Positions 8,996 through 19,181 of a stretch of 64,000 bases of DNA are shown piece after piece. Both the position numbers and the translations under genes were made by a program. The stretch's first letter is position 1; each line of letters starts with the position of its first letter. The notes below the pieces were generated by a model, which did no database searches, was not told the DNA's origin, and saw only the letters and a program-made list of their open reading frames with translations. The DNA is from an uncultured Gammaproteobacteria bacterium (GTDB lineage: Bacteria > Patescibacteriota > Patescibacteriia > Magasanikbacterales > UBA922), in NCBI GenBank assembly GCA_964433095.1, contig CAYSPW010000001.1:4296-68295 (forward strand). Direction: 5' to 3'.

Positions 8996-10300
8996 TTAAT
9001 TTTTTATCCGTCTAATGTTAGCGCCAATTTTTTTTAAGCGATTGGCCAAGTTCTCATAACCGCGTTCTATTACGTAAATATTACGCAATATAGATTCGCC
9101 TTCTGCCGCAATCATACCGATCAACAAAGCCATCGCCGGCCTGATTCCGTCCGGAGCTATCATTTCACGCCCCTTGAGCTCTGTCGGTCCTTCCACAAAT
9201 ACGCGATGCGGGTCAAGCATGGTTACTTTGGCGCCCAGCTTGACAAATTCCAAAAAATATACTGTCCTGTTTTCATATACCCAGTCATGAATCAAAGTTC
9301 TGCCTTCGGCTTGCGTGGCAATAGGTACGAAAAATGGAATATTGTCTATATTAATGCCCGGAAACGGCATGCCGTGTATTTTATCGGGCAATGCTTGTAA
9401 ATCGGAGGGTATAATTTCAATATCAACAATTTTAAATTTACCATTTTTTGACAATCCATGATTCTTTACTTTGAATCGCTGCCTCATCACCTTTAATTTT
9501 TCCAGTTCCAACTCTAAAAACCGCACTGGACAATTTTTAACAGTCAGCCGTGATTTGGTAGTAATGGCCAACGATAAAAAAGCCATTGCTTCCAGCGGAT
9601 CGGGCATAATATGGTAATAATCAACAGCCAGTAAAGAATTAACCCCGTTTATGATTAAGGTACTGGTGCCGATGCCGGAAATATCAGCGCCGGCCGCGTT
9701 TAAAAAATGACATAAATCCTGTACCATGTAGTTGGCGGAAGCGAATTTAATTACCGATTTACCCGGGGCCAAAACCGCTGCCATCAGCGCGTTTTCCGTG
9801 GGCGTGTCTCCGGCTTCGTACATTACCACTTCGGCCGGTTTTAATTTAAAATTTTTGACTGAATAGTAATCTTTTTTTGATTGTATATCAATGCCGAATT
9901 TCTCCAAAGCCAGCAAATGCGGACGCACGGTTCTCAGACCTAATTTGCAACCACCCGACCTGTATAGTTTGTACTGTTTTTCACGTGCCGCGAGAGCACC
10001 AAGCAGCATCAGCGAAGAGCGCACTTTGGCGCATGCTTGTTTGTCAATTTTATCCAATTCCAACCTGCCCGAGCTATCTATTTGCAGCTGATGATCCTTT
10101 AGCCAATTGTATTTTACTCCGATACTGTTTAATATTTCCAAAATTCGGTTTACCTCTTCAATCATAGGCATGTCCTTGAACAAAACCTTGTTTTTTAGCA
10201 TCACCGAAGCACAGAGTATTGCCACCGCTGAGTTTTTAGCGCTGTTTACTTTAATAGAACCGCTTAATCTACACTGGCCACGTACAATAAATTTTGCCAT
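8996..10300 (-). CDS. murA: UDP-N-acetylglucosamine 1-carboxyvinyltransferase
   Basis: AKNSA, GGCKLG.R..PH, PFPG, VYENR, IERGYE. Confidence 0.93.
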   Translation of the reverse strand: MAKFIVRGQCRLSGSIKVNSAKNSAVAILCASVMLKNKVLFKDMPMIEEVNRILEILNSIGVKYNWLKDHQLQIDSSGRLELDKIDKQACAKVRSSLMLLGALAAREKQYKLYRSGGCKLGLRTVRPHLLALEKFGIDIQSKKDYYSVKNFKLKPAEVVMYEAGDTPTENALMAAVLAPGKSVIKFASANYMVQDLCHFLNAAGADISGIGTSTLIINGVNSLLAVDYYHIMPDPLEAMAFLSLAITTKSRLTVKNCPVRFLELELEKLKVMRQRFKVKNHGLSKNGKFKIVDIEIIPSDLQALPDKIHGMPFPGINIDNIPFFVPIATQAEGRTLIHDWVYENRTVYFLEFVKLGAKVTMLDPHRVFVEGPTELKGREMIAPDGIRPAMALLIGMIAAEGESILRNIYVIERGYENLANRLKKIGANIRRIKN

Positions 10301-10393
10301 ACAAATTGAAAAATTCTTGTAAATACGCTATGATTATACAGTAGAAAATCAAAAAAATCAAATACGCGGGAGTTACATATTTATAAAAAAACT

Positions 10394-11719
10394 ATGACCG
10401 AAAAAAATCGCTTAAACAGGCCAATTAGATTAGTAATTATGTTTTTTCTTATCATTCTTTTTTTAATTATTTCTCCTTTGATTATACTCTACACCATGGG
10501 ATATAGATACAATTTCGACAATAAAGAAATTAAAAAAACCGGAGTAATCAGCATTGATGCCGAACCGGATGATGCCTTGGTTTTCGTAAATAATGAATTA
10601 ATAAAAAAAAGCATGCCCATGAGGCTAACCAATATCCCTCCGGGTACATATAACCTCAGAATTGAAAAAAATGGTTATTGGGACTGGAATAAAGATATTA
10701 CGGTTGAAAGTACGAAAACTACCTATATAAAAGAAATTACACTTTTTAAAAAGTCATTGCCGATAAAAATATTTGAACAAATATCGGATGAAATCTTGTT
10801 CATAATGCCGTCAAATGACGGACGCTACATTGTGATGATTATAAAAGAAAATAGTTTTTATGAAGTTGAACTGGTCAACACCGCTACTCAAAGTCGCAAT
10901 CTGATCATGAGAAAAAGCGCTACCGCTCTGCCGGAAATTTCCTGGTCGCCTTATGATAATCATTTTTTGGCAAAAATAGTTGATGATGATATTAGTGAAA
11001 TTCAACTGGTCAACGCCGAAAATCTGGATATGTCACAAACCTATCATTTTATCAATGCTGAAAACTTGACCTACCAGTGGCAAAAAAACAGTTCCGAACC
11101 AACCATATTCATAAACAGAAACAACACAATATACAAAACCTCGGTGAATTATGAAACCGAAATTGCGTTCACCACTTCAAACATCTGGTATATAGATGAA
11201 AAAAATAATCTGTGGCAGGTAAATAACAACGAAAAAAGTCTCTACCGCGATCAAAATAACACATACAACCTGAATGTTCCGATAGAACAGATAATAGATA
11301 TTAATGACAATAGAGCAATATTAAAATGCCAGTCCGGTCATTTGGTCTTTCGTTTTGACAGCGACCAACCCGACCAAATTGTATTACTGCCCACTGAAAA
11401 TCTTTTTTATAATCAGGGAACCCAAGAATGGATCAATTGGTCGGATTTTGAACTTTGGACCATCTACCGACAAGGTTCTTACGAACTACTAAATCGTACC
11501 AGTGAAAAAATTACGTTGGTACGTCCTTTGGACGAATTCGGCTTACTTGCGATAGCCTCTGAAAATTCTATTCTTGGATTTAATCCCGGCTATTATATTA
11601 CTCACGAATTATTCAGTGGAGAAGCCATAGAGGAAATCACCGCCAATAAACAAACACGTAATATTTACTTTTTGGGCAGTGTCGGCCAAAACCATGGATT
11701 ATTTGGGCTGGGGTATTAA
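10394..11719 (+). CDS. PEGA-domain membrane-anchored protein with probable beta-propeller
   Basis: N-terminal TM, GYR, TG.I.I...P.DA.V.VN, PG.Y...I.K.GY..W.K; WSP motif downstream. Confidence 0.75.
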   Translation: MTEKNRLNRPIRLVIMFFLIILFLIISPLIILYTMGYRYNFDNKEIKKTGVISIDAEPDDALVFVNNELIKKSMPMRLTNIPPGTYNLRIEKNGYWDWNKDITVESTKTTYIKEITLFKKSLPIKIFEQISDEILFIMPSNDGRYIVMIIKENSFYEVELVNTATQSRNLIMRKSATALPEISWSPYDNHFLAKIVDDDISEIQLVNAENLDMSQTYHFINAENLTYQWQKNSSEPTIFINRNNTIYKTSVNYETEIAFTTSNIWYIDEKNNLWQVNNNEKSLYRDQNNTYNLNVPIEQIIDINDNRAILKCQSGHLVFRFDSDQPDQIVLLPTENLFYNQGTQEWINWSDFELWTIYRQGSYELLNRTSEKITLVRPLDEFGLLAIASENSILGFNPGYYITHELFSGEAIEEITANKQTRNIYFLGSVGQNHGLFGLGY

Positions 11720-11739
11720 AAAATATATTTTTTTAATTG

Positions 11740-12831
11740 TTACAGCTCCAATAAAGTTTTATCCCCTATTATCATGCGCCGGTTTTCAGCTGACTGCTGC
11801 GGCGCTTTTTTAATATTCACCCCTTTGCCGATTAAGCTGCCGCTGATTTTGATACCGCATTCAATGTGGCAATTCTCTAAAATAATAGAGTCGGTAACGG
11901 AGCAATTAATGACCACAGAACCTTGTCCCACAGTCACGTTGGGACCGACTCGGCAATTTTCCAGCCGACAGTTGGCACCGACTATGGACGGGCCAACAAT
12001 TTTCACATTGGATCCGATATGAGCTCCGGCGCCGATTTGTACTTTCCCCCGCACGCTGCTATTTGCTTCGGCCGACAAATTCTCATTAATTGGTCGGTAT
12101 TGCATGTTTCTAAGCAGCAAACGATTGGCAATCAATAAATCATCGGGCTTGCCCGTGTCCTTCCACCAACCGGTAATTTCATTGTATCCAACCACGTGTC
12201 CGTTTTTTAACAAATGAGAGTGAATACTGGAAATTTCATACTCGCCCCGCTCGCTTTTACTGATTTTTTCATAAACTTGAAAAAATAGTCTGGAGCCGTA
12301 CAAATAAATGCCTGTTACCGCGAAATCATTGGGTGGAACTGTCGGTTTTTCCAAAACATCCACCAATTTGTTATTTTTGTCAAATACCGGCACGCCAAAC
12401 CGCTCCGGATCCTTTACCTTGGAAAGCGCCAACATGCAGTCATGTTCCCCGGCATTGAACTCCTCCACCATGGTTTTAATACTGCCCAAAAAAATATTGT
12501 CGGACAAGTAAAACATAAACGGCTCGTCCTTAATGAATTTTTCCGCTTGTTTGACCACATGTGCTATGCCTTGCGGGCCTCCGACTTGTTCAAAAAAAGT
12601 GATATTGACCCCCCAATACCCTCCGTCGCCGACATATTTCTGTAGCTCGGTTTCACCCGGGTTGGTATTGATGAAAATCTGATTAATTCCGGCTTCCACC
12701 ACTTTTTCAATGGCATGAAATATCATCGGCTTATTGGCAAGCGGCAGCAAATGCTTGTTTATGGTTGTGGTAATGGGATGCAAGCGCGTAGCTCTGCCGC
12801 CTCCGGTTAAAATCGCTTTTCTAATTTTCAT
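11740..12831 (-). CDS. rmlA: Glucose-1-phosphate thymidylyltransferase (long form with hexapeptide-repeat C-terminus)
   Basis: GG.ATRL.P.T...NKHLLP.ANKPMI, EKP, RGEYEI, WWKDTG. Confidence 0.88.
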   Translation of the reverse strand: MKIRKAILTGGGRATRLHPITTTINKHLLPLANKPMIFHAIEKVVEAGINQIFINTNPGETELQKYVGDGGYWGVNITFFEQVGGPQGIAHVVKQAEKFIKDEPFMFYLSDNIFLGSIKTMVEEFNAGEHDCMLALSKVKDPERFGVPVFDKNNKLVDVLEKPTVPPNDFAVTGIYLYGSRLFFQVYEKISKSERGEYEISSIHSHLLKNGHVVGYNEITGWWKDTGKPDDLLIANRLLLRNMQYRPINENLSAEANSSVRGKVQIGAGAHIGSNVKIVGPSIVGANCRLENCRVGPNVTVGQGSVVINCSVTDSIILENCHIECGIKISGSLIGKGVNIKKAPQQSAENRRMIIGDKTLLEL

Positions 12832-12847
12832 ACGTATTAAAAATTTT

Positions 12848-13951
12848 TTACCATTGAATTAAACCCTTAACCACCACCCGGTGGTAGGCTTTCATTATCG
12901 GATTACCGATCTTGTTAAGTATTGGATTATTCATTTCTTTTTCCTGAAACATTACCACCGCACCGGCTTTTTTAAGCAAATCGCGATCTTTCACTTGCTT
13001 CATTTTCTGAATTTTCTTTCGTTTTTTAAGCCACAATTTCCAATGCGCCGGCCGCAGCCAATATTTGTATACTTGTATTCTTTGCTTTGAATATCCATTT
13101 TTATACGCAAAATACCACAATCCGACTTCCAAAGCCAACCCAATCGGTAATAGGAGCAACAAGGTGGGAATTTTAAAATACATCAGCATAACGGCGTGCC
13201 TGTTTCTCTCCATCCAATAATACTTTTCAATACTGCGAGCAAAACGATATTTATGATAAAAAATGGAATCGCTCACCAATTTTATATCATATCCGGCCGA
13301 ACGCAAGCGAAAAGACAGCTCCATATCTTCATGATACATAAAAAAATCTTTATCCAGGCCGCCCAACTCTTTAATCAAATCAAGCCTGAGCATCATAGCC
13401 GCGCCGCTGGCATAATCAATATCCTTAATTGACGACAACTCCACGCTTTTAAAATCATTGCGATAATCATTGCAAAAACCAAAACCAAGATAGTGAAAAG
13501 TATTGCCGCTGCTGTTGATATAGTCGGTATCGGGATAAAGCAGCATCAGGCTTTGCGCCGCTCCGATGGTTTTATCGCTTTGCATCTGCCGCACCAGCGG
13601 CTCAAGAGCGTTGGAAGATAAAAATCCATCATTATTGTGAAAAAAAGCATAATCAAAATCATTATCCATGGCCCAGCGCAAGCCGCTATTGTTGCCTTTG
13701 GCAAAACCAACATTCTCGGATTGGTTAATCAAGGTGACATGCGGCAATTCTTTGCCTGAAAGAGGCATCACGTTTTCATCAATGTGACGCGCAAAAGAAC
13801 CGAGCTCGGGGTGTGGATTATTGACAATCACCAGCTCCAATCTGTGCTTGGGATAGTCAATCTTTTTTATAGCTGAAACGGCGTCGTCAACGTAGGACTC
13901 CGAATGGTAGTACAAAAGATAGATAATGGCTATTTTAGGATATTTCTCCAT
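12848..13951 (-). CDS. GT2 family glycosyltransferase
   Basis: N.GFAKGNN, ASGAAM, FFMYHEDME, ERNR. Confidence 0.9.
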   Translation of the reverse strand: MEKYPKIAIIYLLYYHSESYVDDAVSAIKKIDYPKHRLELVIVNNPHPELGSFARHIDENVMPLSGKELPHVTLINQSENVGFAKGNNSGLRWAMDNDFDYAFFHNNDGFLSSNALEPLVRQMQSDKTIGAAQSLMLLYPDTDYINSSGNTFHYLGFGFCNDYRNDFKSVELSSIKDIDYASGAAMMLRLDLIKELGGLDKDFFMYHEDMELSFRLRSAGYDIKLVSDSIFYHKYRFARSIEKYYWMERNRHAVMLMYFKIPTLLLLLPIGLALEVGLWYFAYKNGYSKQRIQVYKYWLRPAHWKLWLKKRKKIQKMKQVKDRDLLKKAGAVVMFQEKEMNNPILNKIGNPIMKAYHRVVVKGLIQW

Positions 13952-14780
13952 AGTATTTATGTCTGCCACGCCACTTCCACAGATATTTCAACCAGCTGTA
14001 TAAATGAATTCTGGCGTTTTTATTACAAAGAAGCGCGCGCGCGATGCCGGGTATGCGCGATGATTCCCTGGCATGCCGATGCTTTATCACTATATCATGC
14101 ACGTAATATACGGGCCAACCTTTTTCCCACATCATTTTGCACCAGTCACAATCTTCCATATAGGCGAAATAACGATCATCAAACCATCCGATATCTTCCA
14201 CCACTTCATGTCTTACTACCAAAGCCGCGCCCAGCAACCAATCAACCGGCCTGGTTACTTGGTGATCAAAATCTTTCATGAGCATCTTGTCGCTTAATTT
14301 TCTCGCCCAATTCCATCTTTTATTCACGCGCAAATGCCTGATTGGTTTTATAAGAATTGACGGCAAGTCAAATCTATAACATGAATACTGCAAACTGCCG
14401 TCGATATTGAGCAACTTCGGTCCGATACAACCGATCTGCGGATTTTTATCCATGAATTTTACAATTTTTTCAATGATGTTTTTCCCGGGCTGTAAAAAAG
14501 TATCGCGATTGAGAGCAAAATAGTAGCGGGCAGGAGTAATTTGAAAACCATAAGTATTTGCTCGACCAAATCCGATATTCGTACCCGGATCAAGATAGCA
14601 CACCATAGGATATTTTTCAAATAAAGCCTGCTTTATGTTGTCGGCATTGCATGAATTATCCACTACCGTCACCCGCAGTTTTAAATTGCTGCCGCGCGTG
14701 TCATTAATAATAGACTCAACCGCGCTGAGAATGTCATTTTTCATCATTAAATTTACCAGCACTATTGTTATATCTTTCAT
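13935..14780 (-). CDS. GT2 family glycosyltransferase (WbbL-like rhamnosyltransferase)
   Basis: VVDNS, N.GFGRAN, VDWLLGAAL, FDDRYFAYMEDCDWC. Confidence 0.9.
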   Translation of the reverse strand: MKDITIVLVNLMMKNDILSAVESIINDTRGSNLKLRVTVVDNSCNADNIKQALFEKYPMVCYLDPGTNIGFGRANTYGFQITPARYYFALNRDTFLQPGKNIIEKIVKFMDKNPQIGCIGPKLLNIDGSLQYSCYRFDLPSILIKPIRHLRVNKRWNWARKLSDKMLMKDFDHQVTRPVDWLLGAALVVRHEVVEDIGWFDDRYFAYMEDCDWCKMMWEKGWPVYYVHDIVIKHRHARESSRIPGIARALLCNKNARIHLYSWLKYLWKWRGRHKYYGEIS

Positions 14781-14783
14781 AAA

Positions 14784-15854
14784 TTATTTCCACCAAGTTC
14801 TAATTTCGCGCCACTTTAATATTCTCCTTTTTTTTATAAACAAACGTTTTTTCTTGATTGAATGCCTGTTATCATATAATTCACTTAACGCCTTTAGTGT
14901 TTGTTTGTCAAAAAAAAGGAACCAGATAATTTTCCTTACTTCGTATAGAAAAATCCAAGGAGCGTCAAGCAGTAAATTCTGCCAATACTCGTTTTTATAC
15001 AATGTTGACAAATGATTACGATAGCTGAAATACCTTACCAACGCCGGCTGAGTTAGCTTTTGCCGGCCGATACTTTGTCTATCCGGACCGAATACGCTGC
15101 GGTCGTGATACGCAACCGTATCAAGCAATACAAACGACTTCAAGCCATGTGAGCGCATGCGGAAAGCCAAATCAACATCCTCTTTATAGTTTTGATATGA
15201 CTGATCAAACAAATTGCCATTTTCAAACACCACCTCGTCAACTTTGCTCTTTTTGTAAATGGCCAATGCGCCACTCAGACCAAAAATTTCTATCGCTTTT
15301 TTACTGCGCAACATTCCGATTTGCTTGTTTTTGGATTGATTGGACCACAGCTCGCCTGACAGCCAGTCCACCACTCTCCTGCTTCGATATACTTTCAATC
15401 CCAAACTGTCAATAGTACAAGTAAAAGTATCCAAAAAATTGCTCTTTCGACTATTCTTCACTTGTCTTAAAGCCTGATAATCCCAGACCGACAAGCGTGG
15501 AGCGGCCGCGCTTACATCCGGCCTGTTATCCATAAATTTAACCAAATTTTTAAAACAGTCCGGAGATAAAAAAATATCTTGATTTAAAATCACACAATAT
15601 TTGCTTGTGCTTTTTTTAAACAACTGGTTATGGCCGCCGGAAAAACCAATATTGTCACTATTTTCAAACAATTGATGGTGAACAAATAGTGTATTCAATT
15701 CTCTTTCCATTATTTTGACAGTGTCATCACCGGAATGATTATCCCATATCAACAGCTTCCAATCCTGAAAGCTCTGCCTTCTCAGACTTTCAAAAAGATA
15801 GGGGATATATTTTGCCCCATTGAACGTAACCAAATTGACGCAAAGCTTTGACAT
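14784..15854 (-). CDS. GT2 family glycosyltransferase
   Basis: DNHSGDDT, N.GFSGGHN, LNQD, YKEDVDLAFR, YRNH. Confidence 0.9.
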   Translation of the reverse strand: MSKLCVNLVTFNGAKYIPYLFESLRRQSFQDWKLLIWDNHSGDDTVKIMERELNTLFVHHQLFENSDNIGFSGGHNQLFKKSTSKYCVILNQDIFLSPDCFKNLVKFMDNRPDVSAAAPRLSVWDYQALRQVKNSRKSNFLDTFTCTIDSLGLKVYRSRRVVDWLSGELWSNQSKNKQIGMLRSKKAIEIFGLSGALAIYKKSKVDEVVFENGNLFDQSYQNYKEDVDLAFRMRSHGLKSFVLLDTVAYHDRSVFGPDRQSIGRQKLTQPALVRYFSYRNHLSTLYKNEYWQNLLLDAPWIFLYEVRKIIWFLFFDKQTLKALSELYDNRHSIKKKRLFIKKRRILKWREIRTWWK

Positions 15855-15855
15855 A

Positions 15856-16710
15856 TCACTTATCGCGCTTTATTAAACTCAGTGCCAAGCCGACCGGCCG
15901 AAACACGGACAGCAAAACCCACTTGTACCACGGATCCCATTTCTTAAAATATTTAATCATACTGGCGGTAAATATTTTTTGTTTCCATAAATTTTTTCTT
16001 TTAGCGAAACTGCGGCCAACATAGTCGCGCGCTGAAATTTCTGGATAATACACCACTTCATACCCCAAAATTCTTGCTTCACGGCATAAATCCACATCTT
16101 CAAACCACAAAAAATACCGCGGATCAAAAGCCCGGCCAAGACGCTTACAAATATCGCTCCTCACCAACATGAAAGCACCGCGCACGCTGTCCACTATTTG
16201 TATTTTATCCGGCGACATTGAGCGCATCAAGTAACCGCGCATGACACGCGGAAACAAATGATGGATCTTTAGAATAAGTAAAATCATTTCCCAGGCCTTG
16301 GGAAATCTTCTTGGCCCGGCTAGATAATTATATCGGCCATTTTGATCCAGCAATTTACATCCGGCTATACCGATGTTGGCGTGATCGTCCATCCAATCAA
16401 GCATTTTTTTTAGGTTGTTTGCCGTCAAATGCGTGTCCGGATTGAGAAAAAGCAAATACTCGCCTTTCGCCCGGTCCAAAGCTTGGTTATTGGCCGCGGC
16501 AAAACCCATGTTTTTTTTATTAATAATCAATTTTACTTGCGGAAAATTATTCTGAATGGTTGCGACCGTTTGATCCTGAGAGCCGTTGTCCACCACAATT
16601 TGTTCAAATTTTATGCCTTGACATGCCAAAAAAACCGAACTGAGCTGTTCCGCTATAAATTGGTCGCTATTCCACGCCACTGTAATCACGCTTAACTTCA
16701 TAGGGTTCAT
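15856..16710 (-). CDS. GT2 family glycosyltransferase (WbbL-like)
   Basis: VVDNGSQD.T, N.GFAAANN, LNPD, FDPRYFLWFEDVDLC. Confidence 0.9.
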   Translation of the reverse strand: MNPMKLSVITVAWNSDQFIAEQLSSVFLACQGIKFEQIVVDNGSQDQTVATIQNNFPQVKLIINKKNMGFAAANNQALDRAKGEYLLFLNPDTHLTANNLKKMLDWMDDHANIGIAGCKLLDQNGRYNYLAGPRRFPKAWEMILLILKIHHLFPRVMRGYLMRSMSPDKIQIVDSVRGAFMLVRSDICKRLGRAFDPRYFLWFEDVDLCREARILGYEVVYYPEISARDYVGRSFAKRKNLWKQKIFTASMIKYFKKWDPWYKWVLLSVFRPVGLALSLIKRDK

Positions 16711-16815
16711 TTAATGTAGTTTAGATTAAATTTATTTGTAAATCAAGTACAAAAAATTGGCCGTGGAATGGCCGTAAAAAACACCGGTCTCGGATCAGCA
16801 CATATTATCCCGCTC

Positions 16816-17673
16816 TCATGCATCCGAATTATCCGCGTCATTCTTTAAGCGTGAGTATTTTCGCATGACATCTTCCAATGCCAGATGCACTTCGCGCATC
16901 TGAATTCCCAAGCGCCGCAAACTATCCGAACGCAACAGATTATTGGAACGCTTTTTTTTGGCCATCCCCTGCTTAACCAGCTGCGTTTCATCTACCCACT
17001 CGATTTGCAAATCCGAATCAACATATTTTTTGTATAAATCAATAATCTCGCGATGTCGCAACACCCCGGGATTGGTAACATGAAAAATCCCATCGACCCG
17101 CTTTTGCATCAGTTGATAAAACACACCAATCATGTCTTGTATAACTGTAACCGAATTTTCCACGTCCACCACCTTGTCAAAGCCGGCCAGCTTATCAATC
17201 ATATTGGCCTCGCTCGGAATGTGATCAATTGGCATTCTAATGCGTCCGATACCCACTCCGGGCAAGGTGCTTAAAACTAAATCGGCCGCCCATTTGGAAC
17301 GTGAATATACGGCTACTGGATTGGCATAATCGTTCTCGCGCCACTTTTTATCCTCATACGGCGAATCGCCATAAAACACGCAACCGGACCCGATATGAAG
17401 CAGGTATACACCGCGCTGATTACAAGCTTTGGCGATTAACAAGGGCAATATGGTGTTACCTTCAATGGTTTGCATTTGATGCGCTTCGCACCAATCCACG
17501 TTTGGCCTTCCTCTCACTCCGGCGGCGTTTAATACGGCGTCGGGTCGGTATTGATCGATTAGGTCCAGAACATCTTCGCTGCTGTTAATTTTTTTTGCAC
17601 TCAGCTCGGCTTCAGGCCATGATTCGGCACAGCGACGGCCGATGTACCCATTTCCAATAATTAATATTTTCAT
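16816..17673 (-). CDS. NDP-4-keto-6-deoxyglucose 3,5-epimerase/4-reductase (NRS/ER-type SDR)
   Basis: GNGYIG Rossmann motif, AAG..GRPNVDWCE, SGCVF, YSRSK, RIRMPI. Confidence 0.85.
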   Translation of the reverse strand: MKILIIGNGYIGRRCAESWPEAELSAKKINSSEDVLDLIDQYRPDAVLNAAGVRGRPNVDWCEAHQMQTIEGNTILPLLIAKACNQRGVYLLHIGSGCVFYGDSPYEDKKWRENDYANPVAVYSRSKWAADLVLSTLPGVGIGRIRMPIDHIPSEANMIDKLAGFDKVVDVENSVTVIQDMIGVFYQLMQKRVDGIFHVTNPGVLRHREIIDLYKKYVDSDLQIEWVDETQLVKQGMAKKKRSNNLLRSDSLRRLGIQMREVHLALEDVMRKYSRLKNDADNSDA

Positions 17674-17676
17674 AAA

Positions 17677-18684
17677 TCATCTTTCAATATATTGTTTAAC
17701 ATAATAATCTTGATATTGCCCGTTTTTTACTTCTTTTACCCAGTCGGAATTATTCAGATACCAATCCACAGTGCACCTGAGACCGTCATCAAGCTCTACT
17801 GCGGGCTCCCAATCCAATTCATCCGCTATTTTACCATAATCAATTGAATAACGCCGATCATGTCCCGGTCGGTCTTTGACATACTCTATCATGTTTTCAT
17901 CCTTATCCATTAGTTGAATTATTTTTTTAGTCAGCTGCAAATTGCTGATTTCCGAATTTTTTCCGCCTACGCAATAAGTTTCTCCGATCTTGCCTCTATG
18001 AATTATTACATCAACCGCGCGGGAATGATCATCCACGTGTATCCAATCCCTGATCTGCGCTCCGTCTCCGTACACCGGCACTTTCTTATTTTCAGTCAAA
18101 TTGGTTATAAACAAAGGGATGATTTTCTCCGGAAACTGATACGGACCGTAATTGTTGGAGCAATTGGAAATGGTGGCCGGAATTTGATAGGTATGATAAT
18201 ACGCTCGCACCAAGTGATCTGCCGCCGCCTTGGAGGCGGAATAAGGATTGCGCGGATAGTAGGCGGCGCGTTCGTTAAAAGAAGGATCATCCGCGGCCAA
18301 AGCTCCGAACACCTCATCAGTGGATATGTGATGAAATCTTGTTTGATGATACCTGACCGCATCCAGTAGTACTTGTGTTCCGAGCACGTTTGTTAACACA
18401 AACGCGGAACTGTCCATTATGGAGCGATCCACGTGGGTTTCGGCAGCGTAATTTATCACCATATCGGCCTGTTTGACCAAATTAAAAACCAAATCACTAT
18501 CACATATATCACCCTTTATAAATTGGTAGTTGGCGTTATTTTCCACCGATTTCAGATTCTTCAAGTTGGCCGCGTAAGTAAGTTTATCCAAATTCATCAC
18601 CGAGTAGTCGGGGTATTTTTTCATTATGTAGAGTATAAAATTAGAGCCGATGAATCCGGCACCGCCACAAACCAATATTTTCAT
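17677..18684 (-). CDS. rmlB: dTDP-glucose 4,6-dehydratase
   Basis: GGAGFIGSNF, DKLTYA, AAETHVDRS, STDEV, YSASKA, NNYGPYQFPEK, DRPGHDRRY. Start at ATG 18684. Confidence 0.97.
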   Translation of the reverse strand: MKILVCGGAGFIGSNFILYIMKKYPDYSVMNLDKLTYAANLKNLKSVENNANYQFIKGDICDSDLVFNLVKQADMVINYAAETHVDRSIMDSSAFVLTNVLGTQVLLDAVRYHQTRFHHISTDEVFGALAADDPSFNERAAYYPRNPYSASKAAADHLVRAYYHTYQIPATISNCSNNYGPYQFPEKIIPLFITNLTENKKVPVYGDGAQIRDWIHVDDHSRAVDVIIHRGKIGETYCVGGKNSEISNLQLTKKIIQLMDKDENMIEYVKDRPGHDRRYSIDYGKIADELDWEPAVELDDGLRCTVDWYLNNSDWVKEVKNGQYQDYYVKQYIER

Positions 18685-18768
18685 ACAATCATGTGGTATT
18701 AAAAAAAATATCCTACGCAAGACATATTTGAGTATACCAGCATTAATGGCGGCAGTAAAGTAAAAAGC

Positions 18769-19173
18769 TCAAGCCACAATATATTCAAAATCATCGCCAG
18801 AACGCAAACGGCGATTGCTGAACATTACCAACACCGCTTTATCCAGTCCGATGTTTTTGGTGGCCAGCGATACCAATGGTGGAATGTGTAGTACCTGCCT
18901 ACTCGGCCGCACTTTCACCTCCGCCCTTTTTTTGGTTTTTATATGCTCAAATATGGCCAAAACCGATCCTGTTTCAACATAAAGCATTAAATAGGTATCT
19001 CTATGATAATAATTACCGGTCACCACTCCTGGTTCCATCAATAATCTGGAAATATATACTCCGCCCACTTTTACGGTGTTCAAAATCCGCCCGCTTTTTC
19101 TCTCATCCGGAATAAAGTTAAACACCTTAATAAAATGGTGCCTTTTGCTTGTATTTTTTTTATTCGCAGGCAT
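18769..19173 (-). CDS. Cupin-fold sugar isomerase/epimerase-like protein (WxcM/FdtA-like)
   Basis: DER.G, PG.V.GN.YH, L.IPP.V. Located in the rml operon; the second His position appears substituted. Confidence 0.6.
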   Translation of the reverse strand: MPANKKNTSKRHHFIKVFNFIPDERKSGRILNTVKVGGVYISRLLMEPGVVTGNYYHRDTYLMLYVETGSVLAIFEHIKTKKRAEVKVRPSRQVLHIPPLVSLATKNIGLDKAVLVMFSNRRLRSGDDFEYIVA

Positions 19174-19181
19174 ATTTTACA

